Assembly: GCA_964475855.1 (NCBI GenBank)
Contig: CAYZAV010000004.1
Span: 1-61,131 of the forward strand
Source: an uncultured Candidatus Saccharibacteria bacterium
GTDB taxonomy: Bacteria > Patescibacteriota > Minisyncoccia > Minisyncoccales > Staskawiczbacteraceae
Length of the DNA: 61,131 nt
Reading direction: 5' to 3'
Within the stretch, counting starts at the first letter, position 1, and each line of letters starts with the position of its first letter. The notes beneath the pieces are model-generated. The model did no database searches. It saw only the letters and a list, made by a program, of their open reading frames with translations, and was not told the DNA's origin. Position numbers and translations under genes: made by a program. This document shows positions 32,397 to 42,613 of the stretch, piece after piece.

Positions 32397-33344
32397 ATGA
32401 AAAAAGATATTTTCTACGTTACTGTGGCGGCTATGCTTTTTACATTTGCAACAGCTGTGCATGCCAAAACCGATTTGTCTATTTCTGAAACCGATGTCAC
32501 TTTTTCTAAAGAGGATATTCTCAGTGGGGAAACGGTTACGGTATATGCCAGGATTTTCAACATTGGTGACACTAATGTATTTGGTAATGTGGTGTTTTTG
32601 AACAATGGCAAAGAAATATCAGACCCCCAGCCTGTTTCGGTGCGCCCCAATACCTATGATGATGTATTTATCACCTGGAAACCCGATTCAGGAAATTATA
32701 GCATTACGGCAAAAATTATCGGATTAAATCCCCCAGATGACAATGTTAATAATAATTTGACCGTTAAAAAAGAAGTGTTTGTAGATAACGATACCGACCA
32801 TGACGGCATCGGGGATAAAAAAGACACTGATCCCGATAGCGATACGCTAACTATTAGCCAGGAAAAAGCCAAACATACCGACCCACTAAAAGCCGATACC
32901 GATGGAGATGCCGTTAACGATAATATAGATGCGTTTCCCTTAGATAAAAGCAAATGGGGCGATGCTAATACTGCTACTGTTCCAACGGGAAGTGACTCGG
33001 GACAGGTTGCATCTGTACCGGTTGAAACCAGTGAATCGCCAAAAAGCAAATATCAGGCGGTATACGACCAAATACAAAAAGGCATAGAAAGTATTACCCA
33101 ATCAGCACCTGTGCAAACTGTCGCACAATACATTGACAAGGCCACCGGCGGAAAAATTCCCGAAGCGTATAAAGCAGTAACTTCAAAACTAAATTTGGCG
33201 GCTGTGGCAAATAATACCATTGATTATAAAAAACCAGCCGGAGGAATCTTTGAATTGGTTAAAACATATTGGCCCTGGGGCGCGGCTATTTTAGGAGTAT
33301 TATTCTTACTATTTCTATATAAATCCTGGCGTGGCCGAGAGTAA
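32397..33344 (+). CDS. Surface protein: CARDB-like domain, Asp-rich calcium-binding-type repeats, C-terminal anchor
   Basis: Signal peptide. DLSISE..V.F......GETVTVYARIFNIG. DNDTDHDGIGDKKDTDPDSD and DTDGDAVNDNID. Confidence 0.65.
   Translation: MKKDIFYVTVAAMLFTFATAVHAKTDLSISETDVTFSKEDILSGETVTVYARIFNIGDTNVFGNVVFLNNGKEISDPQPVSVRPNTYDDVFITWKPDSGNYSITAKIIGLNPPDDNVNNNLTVKKEVFVDNDTDHDGIGDKKDTDPDSDTLTISQEKAKHTDPLKADTDGDAVNDNIDAFPLDKSKWGDANTATVPTGSDSGQVASVPVETSESPKSKYQAVYDQIQKGIESITQSAPVQTVAQYIDKATGGKIPEAYKAVTSKLNLAAVANNTIDYKKPAGGIFELVKTYWPWGAAILGVLFLLFLYKSWRGRE
33119..33130 (+). repeat. TGTCGCACAATA copy 8 (inside 32397..33344)
   Basis: Exact 12-mer. Confidence 0.95.
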
Positions 33345-33382
33345 AAAAACAACCCCGGGCGTTTGCCGCGGGGCTTTTTGTG

Positions 33383-33835
33383 TTAGCGCATGATGTCGAT
33401 TGATAGATATCTTTGCCATTGCCATCTTCCGATGCTCTGTGAATCAGTATTCCTTGCACCAATAACATTGGAAGGAGGAGAAAGTTTTTGTTCGTAGAAA
33501 TAGCTCATCGCCCGACTATGGTGCTCCGCTTGATCAAAGATGCGCTTTTCTAACTTTTCAACCAGTTCAGTCTTGCTAAAAACTAACTGTTTTTGTTCAT
33601 CCGTCTCGTTTCCTGCTTCTTTCAACTCTTCCCTGAGTTGATTTTTACCTCCCAAGGTAAACCACCAATTACTTTTCGCTTCATCGAGTTCCTTGGTGAG
33701 TTTTTCATTCTCTGCCTTGAGAGTTTGGTTGTTTTCCACTAATTCGAGGTTGTTGCGAAACAACAGGAACAAGCTGATTACCAGCAGTCCCGTCATCAAT
33801 AGCCACTGCAGAACCACATGAACAAGTTTTTCCAT
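33383..33835 (-). CDS. Single-TM coiled-coil protein, unknown function
   Basis: 150 aa. TM segment followed by a charged helix. Confidence 0.5.
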   Translation of the reverse strand: MEKLVHVVLQWLLMTGLLVISLFLLFRNNLELVENNQTLKAENEKLTKELDEAKSNWWFTLGGKNQLREELKEAGNETDEQKQLVFSKTELVEKLEKRIFDQAEHHSRAMSYFYEQKLSPPSNVIGARNTDSQSIGRWQWQRYLSIDIMR

Positions 33836-33898
33836 AAAAAGTTCCTTTCCAAAAGGTTGTAAGTAAAAAAGAGCTACAAACCTATAATAACACTATAC

Positions 33899-34996
33899 TT
33901 AGATACTTGTCAGGTCTACTACCGCCAGCTCCAGGGGGAGTTGTAGAATGGAAGAATATTTCATTTTTTGTTCGGCTTCGATGAATTGCTTAAGTAGGGT
34001 TTGTAGATATGTTTCGGTTACGTTGGCGATTTGCTGCTTCATATTGGCCACTTCTTCGGCTGAAAGCCCGGAATTTTGGGGGGTTAAAAAATCAGCATTT
34101 ATTTTAAGCAGTAACATTTGGCGCACATAAAACACGAGCGTCTTGGCAAATTCCTGCACATCAACGCCCTGTTCAACGAGTGCGTTCAGATAGACAATAG
34201 CTTCTTTGGTTTGCTTGGCAAGAATGTGGTCAATGAAGACGGAAATTTGGCCGGCCTCCACAATACCCAGAATCTCTTTGATATCTTGGGCTTTCAATGT
34301 TTTAATACTACCCGAAAAACTAATGCATTTGTCCAACAAACTTTCAGCGTCACGGAACGACCCGCGGGCGTTTAGGGCAATCAGTGCCAGGGCGGAATCT
34401 TCGGCTTTAATTTCCTCTTTTTTTAAAATAAACTGCAGTTTTTGGATGATTTCATTGGTTTGCAGTCGCTTGAAATCAAATCGCTGGCAGCGGGAAACAA
34501 TAGTGGGAATCATTTTATTGGCTTCCGTAGTGGCCAGGATAAAAATGGCGTGGGCGGGTGGCTCTTCTAGGGTTTTCAGTAATGCATTTGCGGCTGATTT
34601 TGAAAGCTGGTGGCATTCGTCGATGATAAAAATTTTGTACTTGCTTTTGACCGGGGCGAATTTTAGGCCGTCAATTAATTCGCGCACGTCATCGACGCCC
34701 GTGTGGCTCGCCGCATCAATTTCCATTAAATCCATGGACTTCGCCCCCGTAATTTCAACGCACGAATCACAAGTGTTGCATGGCTCCCCATTTTTGGGTT
34801 TTATGCAATTAATCGCCTTGGCAAAGAGCCGGGCAATAGTGGTTTTACCGCTTCCGCGTGGTCCGGTAAATAAATAAGCATGTGAAACCGACTTCGCCGC
34901 CAGCGAATTTTTCAGTGTTTGCACAATGTGCGCCTGACCGATGATTTCCTCGAAACTCTGCGGCCGGTATTTACGGTAAAAAACTACGTTTTCCAT
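33899..34996 (-). CDS. dnaX: DNA polymerase III gamma/tau subunit (short)
   Basis: GPRGSGKTT, zinc module CNTCDSC, IFIIDECHQLS, SRCQRF. Confidence 0.9.
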   Translation of the reverse strand: MENVVFYRKYRPQSFEEIIGQAHIVQTLKNSLAAKSVSHAYLFTGPRGSGKTTIARLFAKAINCIKPKNGEPCNTCDSCVEITGAKSMDLMEIDAASHTGVDDVRELIDGLKFAPVKSKYKIFIIDECHQLSKSAANALLKTLEEPPAHAIFILATTEANKMIPTIVSRCQRFDFKRLQTNEIIQKLQFILKKEEIKAEDSALALIALNARGSFRDAESLLDKCISFSGSIKTLKAQDIKEILGIVEAGQISVFIDHILAKQTKEAIVYLNALVEQGVDVQEFAKTLVFYVRQMLLLKINADFLTPQNSGLSAEEVANMKQQIANVTETYLQTLLKQFIEAEQKMKYSSILQLPLELAVVDLTSI

Positions 34997-35012
34997 GATG
35001 TTTTAATATATA

Positions 35013-35612
35013 TTACTTTTTGAAAACAAAGAATTTATATCCCAGAAAGTTAAATATTGCGGCACATAGCCCTGCAAAAATAACGCTGAATTTTATCCAA
35101 ATGGCCTCGGGCGCGCCAAACTGTGCACCCATAACCTGTGTAAAGTATTGGTACGCAACGACGTCTATGATTAATCCCACGGCAGTAACGCCGAAAAATT
35201 GGCTGATTTCCTTGAGCACGTCTTCTTTTTCGTGTTTTTGGAATGTCCAGTATTTGTTCCCCCAAAATTTAAGCGCCGTGGCAAATAAAAATGACAACCC
35301 CTTGGCAATAATGGGGTTTACAGTGATAGCCATGGAAAAGGCAAACACCAGCCATTCAAACACTTTCAAATCCACAATGGTGGCAAACGCCCCGACCAAT
35401 ACGAATTTAGCGCTCTGGAAGATAAATAAAAATTTTCTGCCAATCAGGTATGCCAACCATAAACAAAACAGGGTAAAGAATGGGAATGCCAGCCATATCA
35501 TTAATTGATAATATATATTCAATTCAACTCCCCATGCCTTCAAAAAGTCGCCTACCAGATATCCGATGGTGCGACCGCAAACCAAGCCAAAAATAACATC
35601 AGTGACTTTCAT
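35013..35612 (-). CDS. GtrA-family membrane protein
   Basis: KFVLVGAFATIVDL..F and a C-terminal NFLGYKFFVFKK. Confidence 0.75.
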   Translation of the reverse strand: MKVTDVIFGLVCGRTIGYLVGDFLKAWGVELNIYYQLMIWLAFPFFTLFCLWLAYLIGRKFLFIFQSAKFVLVGAFATIVDLKVFEWLVFAFSMAITVNPIIAKGLSFLFATALKFWGNKYWTFQKHEKEDVLKEISQFFGVTAVGLIIDVVAYQYFTQVMGAQFGAPEAIWIKFSVIFAGLCAAIFNFLGYKFFVFKK

Positions 35613-35759
35613 ATTTATGAGTAAGAGAGGCAGAGGAAACGCATTTCATATGCCGACCGCACGATTAAATATATAAATTACCGGATCAATTTCTATCTTC
35701 TTTATGATATCACGAAAAACAGAATTGAAAAAATCAAGTAATATTGTTACAATACTTAT

Positions 35760-36416
35760 ATGAAACTATTTCCGGCTGCCATACAGATTCACATCCAAAC
35801 TTTGGAGACTGGTTTGGAAAAAATTAATGAAGAAAAGAACCAATATTTATATGGTTTCATTAAGAAATATTGGCCGCGTCAAATAACCCCCAACCATTTA
35901 AGTTGGGTACGTGTTAGCATTGGACTGCTTTTATTCATTTTATTGTTTAATTTCAGGAATGATAACGGACTTTTTATTTTGCCACTTTTTCTTATTGGTG
36001 CTCTGACCGATTTTCTGGATGGCCCTATTGCCCGCTGCCTGAACATGAAAACCAAGCTGGGCGAAGCCCTGGACCCGGTGGCCGACCGGATATTGCTTAT
36101 TCCTGTTTTTATTTATACTATTATTGATTACCAGGTGCTGCTTTTTTTCATCATTTTCTTTGAAGTAGCCAACGCGTTTTTGGCGCTTATTTCCCAGGGA
36201 AAAAATGTTTTTGAAGGTTCAAATATTTTCGGCAAAACAAAAATGTTTTTACAGTCTGTCGTATTGATCGCCATTTTACTGTTTTGGCCCGGCACACCTA
36301 ATTTATTTTTCATTTCACTGCTATGGGTTTCAGTGGCCTGTATTTTAATAAGCGTAAGTATAAAAATTCTTGCATTAAGGTCATATTACTATGCCAATAG
36401 CCATCCGGGTACATAA
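35760..36416 (+). CDS. CDP-alcohol phosphatidyltransferase family protein
   Basis: DFLDGPIAR....T.LGEALDPVADR motif. Confidence 0.8.
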   Translation: MKLFPAAIQIHIQTLETGLEKINEEKNQYLYGFIKKYWPRQITPNHLSWVRVSIGLLLFILLFNFRNDNGLFILPLFLIGALTDFLDGPIARCLNMKTKLGEALDPVADRILLIPVFIYTIIDYQVLLFFIIFFEVANAFLALISQGKNVFEGSNIFGKTKMFLQSVVLIAILLFWPGTPNLFFISLLWVSVACILISVSIKILALRSYYYANSHPGT

Positions 36417-37806
36417 TACTCTGACCGGGAAAAAAGACATCCTTAAACCTTTGAAAGGAAAGCGAGTGAATTTTTTTGTCTGCGGCCCAACAGTGTATGA
36501 TTTTGCCCACATTGGCCACGCCCGCACGTATGTCATTTTTGATTGCTTTGCGAAATATTTGAAGTTTCGGGGGTTTGATGTATTTTACCTCCAAAATGTT
36601 ACGGATACAGATGACAAAATCATCGCTCGGGCGCGGGAAAAGGGCGTTTTGCCAAAAGATCTAGCAGAAGCTTTTTTGACTGAACATCTAAAAGACATGA
36701 AGTTACTTGGCATTACCAGTGTCAAAAAATATGCCAAAGCAACCAGTCACATCAAAGAAATTATCAGCCAGGTCAAACGGTTAATGGAAAAAGGATACGC
36801 CTATTCCCTGGAAGATGGCATATATTTTGACATCGGCAAATTTAAAAATTATGGCAAGCTTTCCGGGCGCAATGCCCTGCAGGCCGAAGATGCGGTTTCG
36901 CGCATTGATTATAATACCCATAAAAAAAACCGCGGGGATTTTTGCTTATGGAAACTGAATACTGGAGTAGATGGTGAGCCCAGCTGGCCATCTCCCTTTG
37001 GCGGCGGACGCCCAGGGTGGCATATTGAAGACACGGCCATTACCGAAAAATTTTTTGGTGACCAGTATGACATCCATGGCGGCGGCCGAGATTTAATTTT
37101 CCCCCACCACGAAGCGGAAGTTGCTCAAATGGAGGCACTTTCGGGTAAACGCCCTCTGGCTGGAATTTGGATGCACACCGGATTTTTGACTATTAATGAG
37201 CAAAAAATGTCAAAATCTTTGGATAATTCCATAACCATTGATACGTTTTTGAAGCGATATAGCGTCGGGCAATTACGTTTCTGGATTGCCAAAAACCTGT
37301 GGCACTCCCCTATGAACTATTCGGAGTCAACCATGATTGAGATAAAAGCCGGGCTGGAAAAGATGGAAGAGTTTCTACGGAAAATAAAGGCTACAAAAGT
37401 TTCAAAGGTGATAGAAGTGACAAATGTAAAAAAGTTACTGCAAACCGTAAAACAGGATTTTTATGAGGCGTTGGATGATGATTTTAATACGCCAAAAGCA
37501 TTTGGGGTGCTATTTGATTTTATCAAGGAGTCTAATATCCATCTGTCGCACAATAAGATTAGCAAGAAAGAAGCTGTCGACATTTTCAAATTCTTTATGG
37601 AAATAAATATTATTTTTGGTATTTTTGATGGTAAAAACCTAGTGCAGGGCGAGGCGCCACCCGAAATTAAAAATTTATTAAAAGACCGCCAGCAATTCCG
37701 CGACGCAAAAGACTGGCAAAAAGCTGATCAGGTGCGTCAAGAAATAGAAAAATACGGCTACACTGTCCAAGACACCAAAGAAGGCCAGGCGCTGGTTAAA
37801 AAGTAA
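36391..37806 (+). CDS. cysS: Cysteinyl-tRNA synthetase
   Basis: HIGHARTY (HIGH) and KMSKS. 471 aa. Confidence 0.95.
   Translation: MPIAIRVHNTLTGKKDILKPLKGKRVNFFVCGPTVYDFAHIGHARTYVIFDCFAKYLKFRGFDVFYLQNVTDTDDKIIARAREKGVLPKDLAEAFLTEHLKDMKLLGITSVKKYAKATSHIKEIISQVKRLMEKGYAYSLEDGIYFDIGKFKNYGKLSGRNALQAEDAVSRIDYNTHKKNRGDFCLWKLNTGVDGEPSWPSPFGGGRPGWHIEDTAITEKFFGDQYDIHGGGRDLIFPHHEAEVAQMEALSGKRPLAGIWMHTGFLTINEQKMSKSLDNSITIDTFLKRYSVGQLRFWIAKNLWHSPMNYSESTMIEIKAGLEKMEEFLRKIKATKVSKVIEVTNVKKLLQTVKQDFYEALDDDFNTPKAFGVLFDFIKESNIHLSHNKISKKEAVDIFKFFMEINIIFGIFDGKNLVQGEAPPEIKNLLKDRQQFRDAKDWQKADQVRQEIEKYGYTVQDTKEGQALVKK
37544..37555 (+). repeat. TGTCGCACAATA copy 9 (inside cysS)
   Basis: Exact 12-mer. Confidence 0.95.
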
Positions 37807-37861
37807 AAAAACAACCAGGTAACACAAAGTACCTGGTTTTCGTTGTGGCGCAGAGAAAATA

Positions 37862-38236
37862 TTACCCGCGCGGGATGTGCTTGATGGTATTATAAACCAT
37901 CCTTCCATGACGGTCTACCGCTATTTTTCGGGGAAGCCGTGACTGGACCAACCTGCTATTGGTATCAAACCCGCCAATAGCGTACAAAATGCCGGGCATT
38001 ACTTCGCTCCAATGGAAGACAGACCCTTTTTCGACGCAAACTTCATACGGATTTAGTCCCACCCAGACAATTCCATCTACCAGGAACAATTCCTGAACTA
38101 CCGGATGATGAGGCTCAAATTCGCCATTGCACTTGCAGTCCGGACAGCAATAGTTAAGGATTTGCGGGGAAATCATTTTATCTACGCCGATGCTAAGGGT
38201 GTTGGGTTCAGGCCAGAATTCAAGACAGTAACGCAT
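37862..38236 (-). CDS. Hypothetical 124-aa Cys-rich protein
   Basis: TTGACG-17-TATAAT promoter. AAAGGGAG SD before the ATG at 38236 (MRYCLEF...CCPDCKC). Confidence 0.5.
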   Translation of the reverse strand: MRYCLEFWPEPNTLSIGVDKMISPQILNYCCPDCKCNGEFEPHHPVVQELFLVDGIVWVGLNPYEVCVEKGSVFHWSEVMPGILYAIGGFDTNSRLVQSRLPRKIAVDRHGRMVYNTIKHIPRG

Positions 38237-38348
38237 ACGTACTCCCTTTATTATCAAGGTTCTATTTCGATTGCTAAAATTATATACTTTTAATTACCCG
38301 GCGTCAACATAGCATATGCATGGCGATTTTGGTATATATAATTAGTAT

Positions 38349-39725
38349 ATGGCTACCGCAACCACCGAAAAAAAACCGCCGCAAAATATTGAGGCCGAGC
38401 AAAGTCTGCTTGGGTGTTTGATGTTGGACAAAAATGCTATCATCCGGGTTTCTGATACCATCGCGGCTGATGATTTTTATAAAGGCACACACAAGGAAAT
38501 TTACCAGTCCATGCAAGATTTGTTTGCTCGCACCGAACCGATTGATATTTTGTCTGTGTCAGCCAAACTGAAGGAAAAAAATAAGCTGGAATATATTGGC
38601 GGTGGCGCTTATTTGACTTCACTTATTAATACCGTTCCCACTGCCACGCACGTGGCCAATTATGCCAAAATTGTGCGTGAGAAAAAAGTGTTGCGAGATT
38701 TGATAGACACTTCAGCCCAGATCGGCCTAGATGCGTTTGACGAAACCCAGGATGTTGACATGCTACTAGATAAAGCCGAAAAAAAAGTGTTTGGCATTAG
38801 TCAGCGGTCACTGAACCAATCGTTTGTTTCTATTAAAGATATTTTACCCGAAACGTTTGAACGCATTGATCAGCTTTCCCGCCAAACCGGCCAATATCGT
38901 GGTGTACCGACGGGCTTTAAACAACTTGATAATATGCTTTCGGGGCTTCAGCGTTCTGATTTGATTATTTTGGCTGCCCGGCCTTCTATGGGAAAATCTT
39001 CTTTGGCCCTGGATATGGCCCGCCACGTGGCGGTGTTTCAAAATCTGCCCGTGGGAATTTTCAGCCTTGAAATGGGTAAAGACCAGCTGGTTGAACGTTT
39101 GTTGGCCAGTCAAGCTAATGTGGACTCCTGGCGCATTAGAACAGGAAAACTGCAGGATGGCGGCGCTGGGGGTGACAACGACTGGTCGCGCTTGCAAACA
39201 GCTATGGGTACGCTTTCTGAAACACCTATTTACATTGATGATGCGGGTACCACCAACATCATGCAAATGCGCGCCATGGCACGCCGTCTACAAGCAGATG
39301 TGGGCCTGGGCCTTTTGGTGGTGGATTATTTGCAGCTGATGGACAGCTCTAATAAATTTGCTTCTCCTATCCAGCAGGTAACCGAAAATTCACGAGCATT
39401 AAAACAACTGGCACGTGAATTAAATATTCCCGTTTTGGTGCTTTCCCAGCTTTCCCGTGCCGTGGAGCAGCGCACGCCGCATCGCCCCATGCTTTCTGAC
39501 TTGCGCGAGTCGGGTGCCATTGAACAGGACGCCGACGTGGTGCTGTTTATTTACCGCGAAGACAAATACAACGAAAATTCGCTGGAAAAAAATATTGCTG
39601 AAATTATTGTGGCAAAACATAGGAACGGCGCCACAGGTGCAGTAAAACTCTACTTTGACGACAACCGAGTAAGTTTCCGCGACTTGGCGCAGGGAGATTA
39701 TGTGACGGAGATTCAGGGGGAATGA
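38349..39725 (+). CDS. dnaB: Replicative DNA helicase DnaB
   Basis: PQNIEAEQSLLG, ARPSMGKSS (Walker A), VVDYLQLM. Confidence 0.95.
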   Translation: MATATTEKKPPQNIEAEQSLLGCLMLDKNAIIRVSDTIAADDFYKGTHKEIYQSMQDLFARTEPIDILSVSAKLKEKNKLEYIGGGAYLTSLINTVPTATHVANYAKIVREKKVLRDLIDTSAQIGLDAFDETQDVDMLLDKAEKKVFGISQRSLNQSFVSIKDILPETFERIDQLSRQTGQYRGVPTGFKQLDNMLSGLQRSDLIILAARPSMGKSSLALDMARHVAVFQNLPVGIFSLEMGKDQLVERLLASQANVDSWRIRTGKLQDGGAGGDNDWSRLQTAMGTLSETPIYIDDAGTTNIMQMRAMARRLQADVGLGLLVVDYLQLMDSSNKFASPIQQVTENSRALKQLARELNIPVLVLSQLSRAVEQRTPHRPMLSDLRESGAIEQDADVVLFIYREDKYNENSLEKNIAEIIVAKHRNGATGAVKLYFDDNRVSFRDLAQGDYVTEIQGE

Positions 39726-39842
39726 TTCCGCTCTGATATTGCCACATCAACTGCCCTTGGCATATTTTTTAGCGAAGTAGATTTATGTAAGTGAAAAGCG
39801 CCTACGTCTACCATGTGGTAGATTTCGGCGCCTTAGATGGGA

Positions 39843-40040
39843 CTACTGTCCCTTTTTGATGACGCGGCCCGTCATGATCGGATCCCTTGGGATTTCGCGC
39901 TCAAGAAGATAATCGTCTCTTGAGGTATCGGCGTTAATAACTTTCCACCCAGCGAGTCCGAGCTCGGTAAGGTGGGCGGAGAGTTCTCCATCCGTGAGTT
40001 GACTGTTCCAGCAAATTTTCTTGTACTCTCTTTTTTGCAC
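39843..40040 (-). CDS. Small protein, possibly DUF4177-like
   Basis: TTGACA-17-TATGAT promoter. AGGAGTAAGCT then GTG. EYKK...LTELGLAGWKV. Confidence 0.4.
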   Translation of the reverse strand: MQKREYKKICWNSQLTDGELSAHLTELGLAGWKVINADTSRDDYLLEREIPRDPIMTGRVIKKGQ

Positions 40041-40151
40041 AGCTTACTCCTGAAAAAGGCGAAATTAGTAACTATATCTTAATCATACACCCATCAAGTG
40101 TATTTGTCAATAGTTGGCGGGAACTGTCAAGTTTGGTACACTGAATCCGTT

Positions 40152-40727
40152 ATGTCTGATAGCATCAAGAAATTGCAACAATTATTATCCCGCTTCCCTA
40201 CTATCGGCAACCGTACTGCCGGGCGGTTTGTGTTTTATTTGATCCGGCAACCCAAAGAAAGCGTTGATGAGTTAATTGCCGCCCTGCAAGAACTCAAAAA
40301 AAATGTAAAACTGTGCGTGGATTGCTTCAACCCATTTGAAAGTGGTGGGGTGTCGGAGACCCCAATGCTTTGTGAAATATGTCAGTCCCCTGCCCGCAAT
40401 AAACAGTTATTGTGTATTATAGAAAAAGAAGCTGATTTGCTGACTATTGAGGCTACTAAGCGCTACACCGGGCTATATTTCATTCTGGCGAGCACTCGTT
40501 TTACTGAATTGAAAAACCGGATTACCAAAGGGAATTTCACCGAAATTATTATTGCTTTAAACCCGACCCCCGAAGGCCGTACCGCCGCCGCCCTGGTTAT
40601 GCGAGAAATCGGCCCCTTGTCGCACAATAGAAAAATAACCCGCTTAGCCCAAGGCCTGCCTGTTGGCGGCGAACTGGAATACGTAGACGAAGAAACCCTG
40701 GAAAGTGCATTTGAAGGAAGGAAATAA
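40152..40727 (+). CDS. recR: Recombination protein RecR
   Basis: LPTIGNRTAGRF, Cys4 zinc finger (C..C...C..C), Toprim region. Confidence 0.9.
   Translation: MSDSIKKLQQLLSRFPTIGNRTAGRFVFYLIRQPKESVDELIAALQELKKNVKLCVDCFNPFESGGVSETPMLCEICQSPARNKQLLCIIEKEADLLTIEATKRYTGLYFILASTRFTELKNRITKGNFTEIIIALNPTPEGRTAAALVMREIGPLSHNRKITRLAQGLPVGGELEYVDEETLESAFEGRK
40618..40629 (+). repeat. TGTCGCACAATA copy 10 (inside recR)
   Basis: Exact 12-mer. Confidence 0.95.
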
Positions 40728-40778
40728 GGCGACACCAATCTACTAATAACAAAAAGCCCCACTAAAGGGGCTTTTTGC

Positions 40779-40804
40779 ATTCGTATCATTCGAATGTCAT
40801 TCGT
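40779..40804. repeat. Three phased ATTCG(T/A) repeats at the 3' end of the surface-protein gene
   Basis: ATTCGT at 40779, ATTCGA at 40789, ATTCGT at 40799 (10-bp spacing). Shares ATGTCATTCGTAGATTAG with 53690-53708. Confidence 0.65.
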
Positions 40805-40818
40805 AGATTAGTGTCGCT

Positions 40819-42525
40819 TTAGGCTTGTTCCCGTTGCCTGATTTCAGAGATTTTAGCGGCAAGTTTATTATTGGCAATGCGGTTTTGCACACCTGCAAAT
40901 CCTAATGCTCCCAATAATCCCGATTTCCATGCCCATACCCCTGCCAAGGCGAGTGCCAATGGCAAGAAGAATGAATCAAAGAAAATGTTATCCGTCCAAC
41001 CGGTTGGGGCTCCCGTGGCTCCGCTGGTGCGATTAACGGAAATAGTAGCTCCAGAACCCGATGCAGAATTAGTCCCTTCGGAGCTCGTAATAGTTACGGA
41101 GTTAGTCAAAGTAGTCGTCCCAAAACCAAAGTTCTGGACTGGGGCAACTTGCGCCTGGTAGGCAATCAATTTGGTCTGGCCGGCAGCGATACTACCGATA
41201 TTCAAACCGGAAATGATGTTACCGGAATTGGCCACACCATCCAACGTCAAATTGTTGTAATAGTTCAAGTTGACTGGGAACGTGTCTTTTACGACCACGT
41301 TATTGATCAATTGGCTGCCATTGTTTTTGACCGTGATTTGGAACTGCAAAATGTCAGAAGGGGCTGCACTGGTATTTGTTGACCAGGTCAAATTTCCGCT
41401 CGACAAATTCCTTCCTTGTTTGGTTGAAGTCAAATTATTCCCCGTAGTTACGGTTACGCAAGAATTGTTTGAGCATGTCTGGTTGCCCTGGCAAGCCTGG
41501 TACAATTCCTGTTGATTGCCGCATGAGTCAAACCAGTATACGGCGTTATTGCCGGCACATCGCTGTGAAGCGTGGCTGGTACACGTAGTTGTGATGGTGG
41601 TGCAAACTCCTGCCCCACTGCATGTTTGCCCTGAAGCACAAGCTTGCACAAATTGCTGATTGGTGTTTCCTTGGCAGTATGAGCTTGCCGTTCCGGCATT
41701 CATACAAGTATAGGAAGTAGTGGTGTTATATACATTATTGCCATTGCAATAATTCTGAGTAGCGCTGGTTTGCGGACACTGTGTATTTGAGCTGCACGTT
41801 ATTGTGGCAGTTGAGGCATTGCTTTCGTCGTTATCCTGTCTTCCAAAGCATCCCGGATCAAATAAATCAGTTAAGTTGTCGCCATCGTTATCTAAACCGT
41901 CCTGGCAAGCAGCTTTAGGATTGCTTTCATCCGTATCAGTAGCTGAAGAACAGCTAAAATCAGATGGGTAATCCATAGCTCCATCGCCGTCGTTATCAAT
42001 GTTATCAGAACACTGGGCGGTCGCGGTAGTTGTAGTAGTGGTACACTGCCCTGCTGGCAACCCGATCACGGCAAAGCCTCCCCAAGTCTTCAGAGTTCCC
42101 ACGTTACAACCTCCGGTCTGGCCTATGCCTTGGAAGTTAATAATGTGGTGTCCGGCAGCAGCAGGTCCCAAGTTAATGTATCCGGAGCTGGCGTCTGGTG
42201 GTACAAAGCCCGTGCTTGCCATCAATACATCATCAAGCCAAATGCGCACTGCTACGTTTGAGCAATGCCCAACACCATTGGTGTCATAATTAACATACAG
42301 ATTGGTAGTAGCTGCAGCCAAATCAAACTGGACGGCTGGAGGGTTTACGCATACCTGCGAGCTAGAAGGGTCGTTATAGCATTGGGTTTGACCGAACTGG
42401 ATGCGCTCTAAGACGCAGGGAGCGGCAAAGGCGGTTTGGGCCATGCCGAAAATCCCTACGGCAGTGATTGCCAGGGCGAAGATGACCTTTTTATTACCCA
42501 TTAAGAACGAAAGTATTGTATTCAT
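40819..42525 (-). CDS. Secreted Cys-rich surface protein, paralogue A (568 aa), putative sortase substrate
   Basis: Signal peptide. The N-terminal ~160 aa are identical to paralogue B. DNDGDG repeats, Cys-rich modules, DUF11-like domain. C-terminus APTGWTDN, then TM and a basic tail. Confidence 0.8.
   Translation of the reverse strand: MNTILSFLMGNKKVIFALAITAVGIFGMAQTAFAAPCVLERIQFGQTQCYNDPSSSQVCVNPPAVQFDLAAATTNLYVNYDTNGVGHCSNVAVRIWLDDVLMASTGFVPPDASSGYINLGPAAAGHHIINFQGIGQTGGCNVGTLKTWGGFAVIGLPAGQCTTTTTTATAQCSDNIDNDGDGAMDYPSDFSCSSATDTDESNPKAACQDGLDNDGDNLTDLFDPGCFGRQDNDESNASTATITCSSNTQCPQTSATQNYCNGNNVYNTTTSYTCMNAGTASSYCQGNTNQQFVQACASGQTCSGAGVCTTITTTCTSHASQRCAGNNAVYWFDSCGNQQELYQACQGNQTCSNNSCVTVTTGNNLTSTKQGRNLSSGNLTWSTNTSAAPSDILQFQITVKNNGSQLINNVVVKDTFPVNLNYYNNLTLDGVANSGNIISGLNIGSIAAGQTKLIAYQAQVAPVQNFGFGTTTLTNSVTITSSEGTNSASGSGATISVNRTSGATGAPTGWTDNIFFDSFFLPLALALAGVWAWKSGLLGALGFAGVQNRIANNKLAAKISEIRQREQA
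42041..42440 (-). repeat. 400-bp block about 99.5% identical to 44942..45341
   Basis: Aligned by eye. I found only 2 mismatches (42388 and 42391, versus the other copy). Confidence 0.9.
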
Positions 42526-42613
42526 AATCGTAGTGTGTTGTGGTTTATTGATTATTATTTGTTGCTAATTTCTTATACTACACTATTCCATTAATCCTGT
42601 CAAGCCTTTTGGG

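Noticed and set aside
34206-34877. 223-aa + ORF opposite dnaX. Similar long antisense ORFs are 29680..30270, 55349..55903, 35020..35508 and 3009..3644
   Set aside because: Each is antisense to a gene with strong family motifs and lacks its own start signals.
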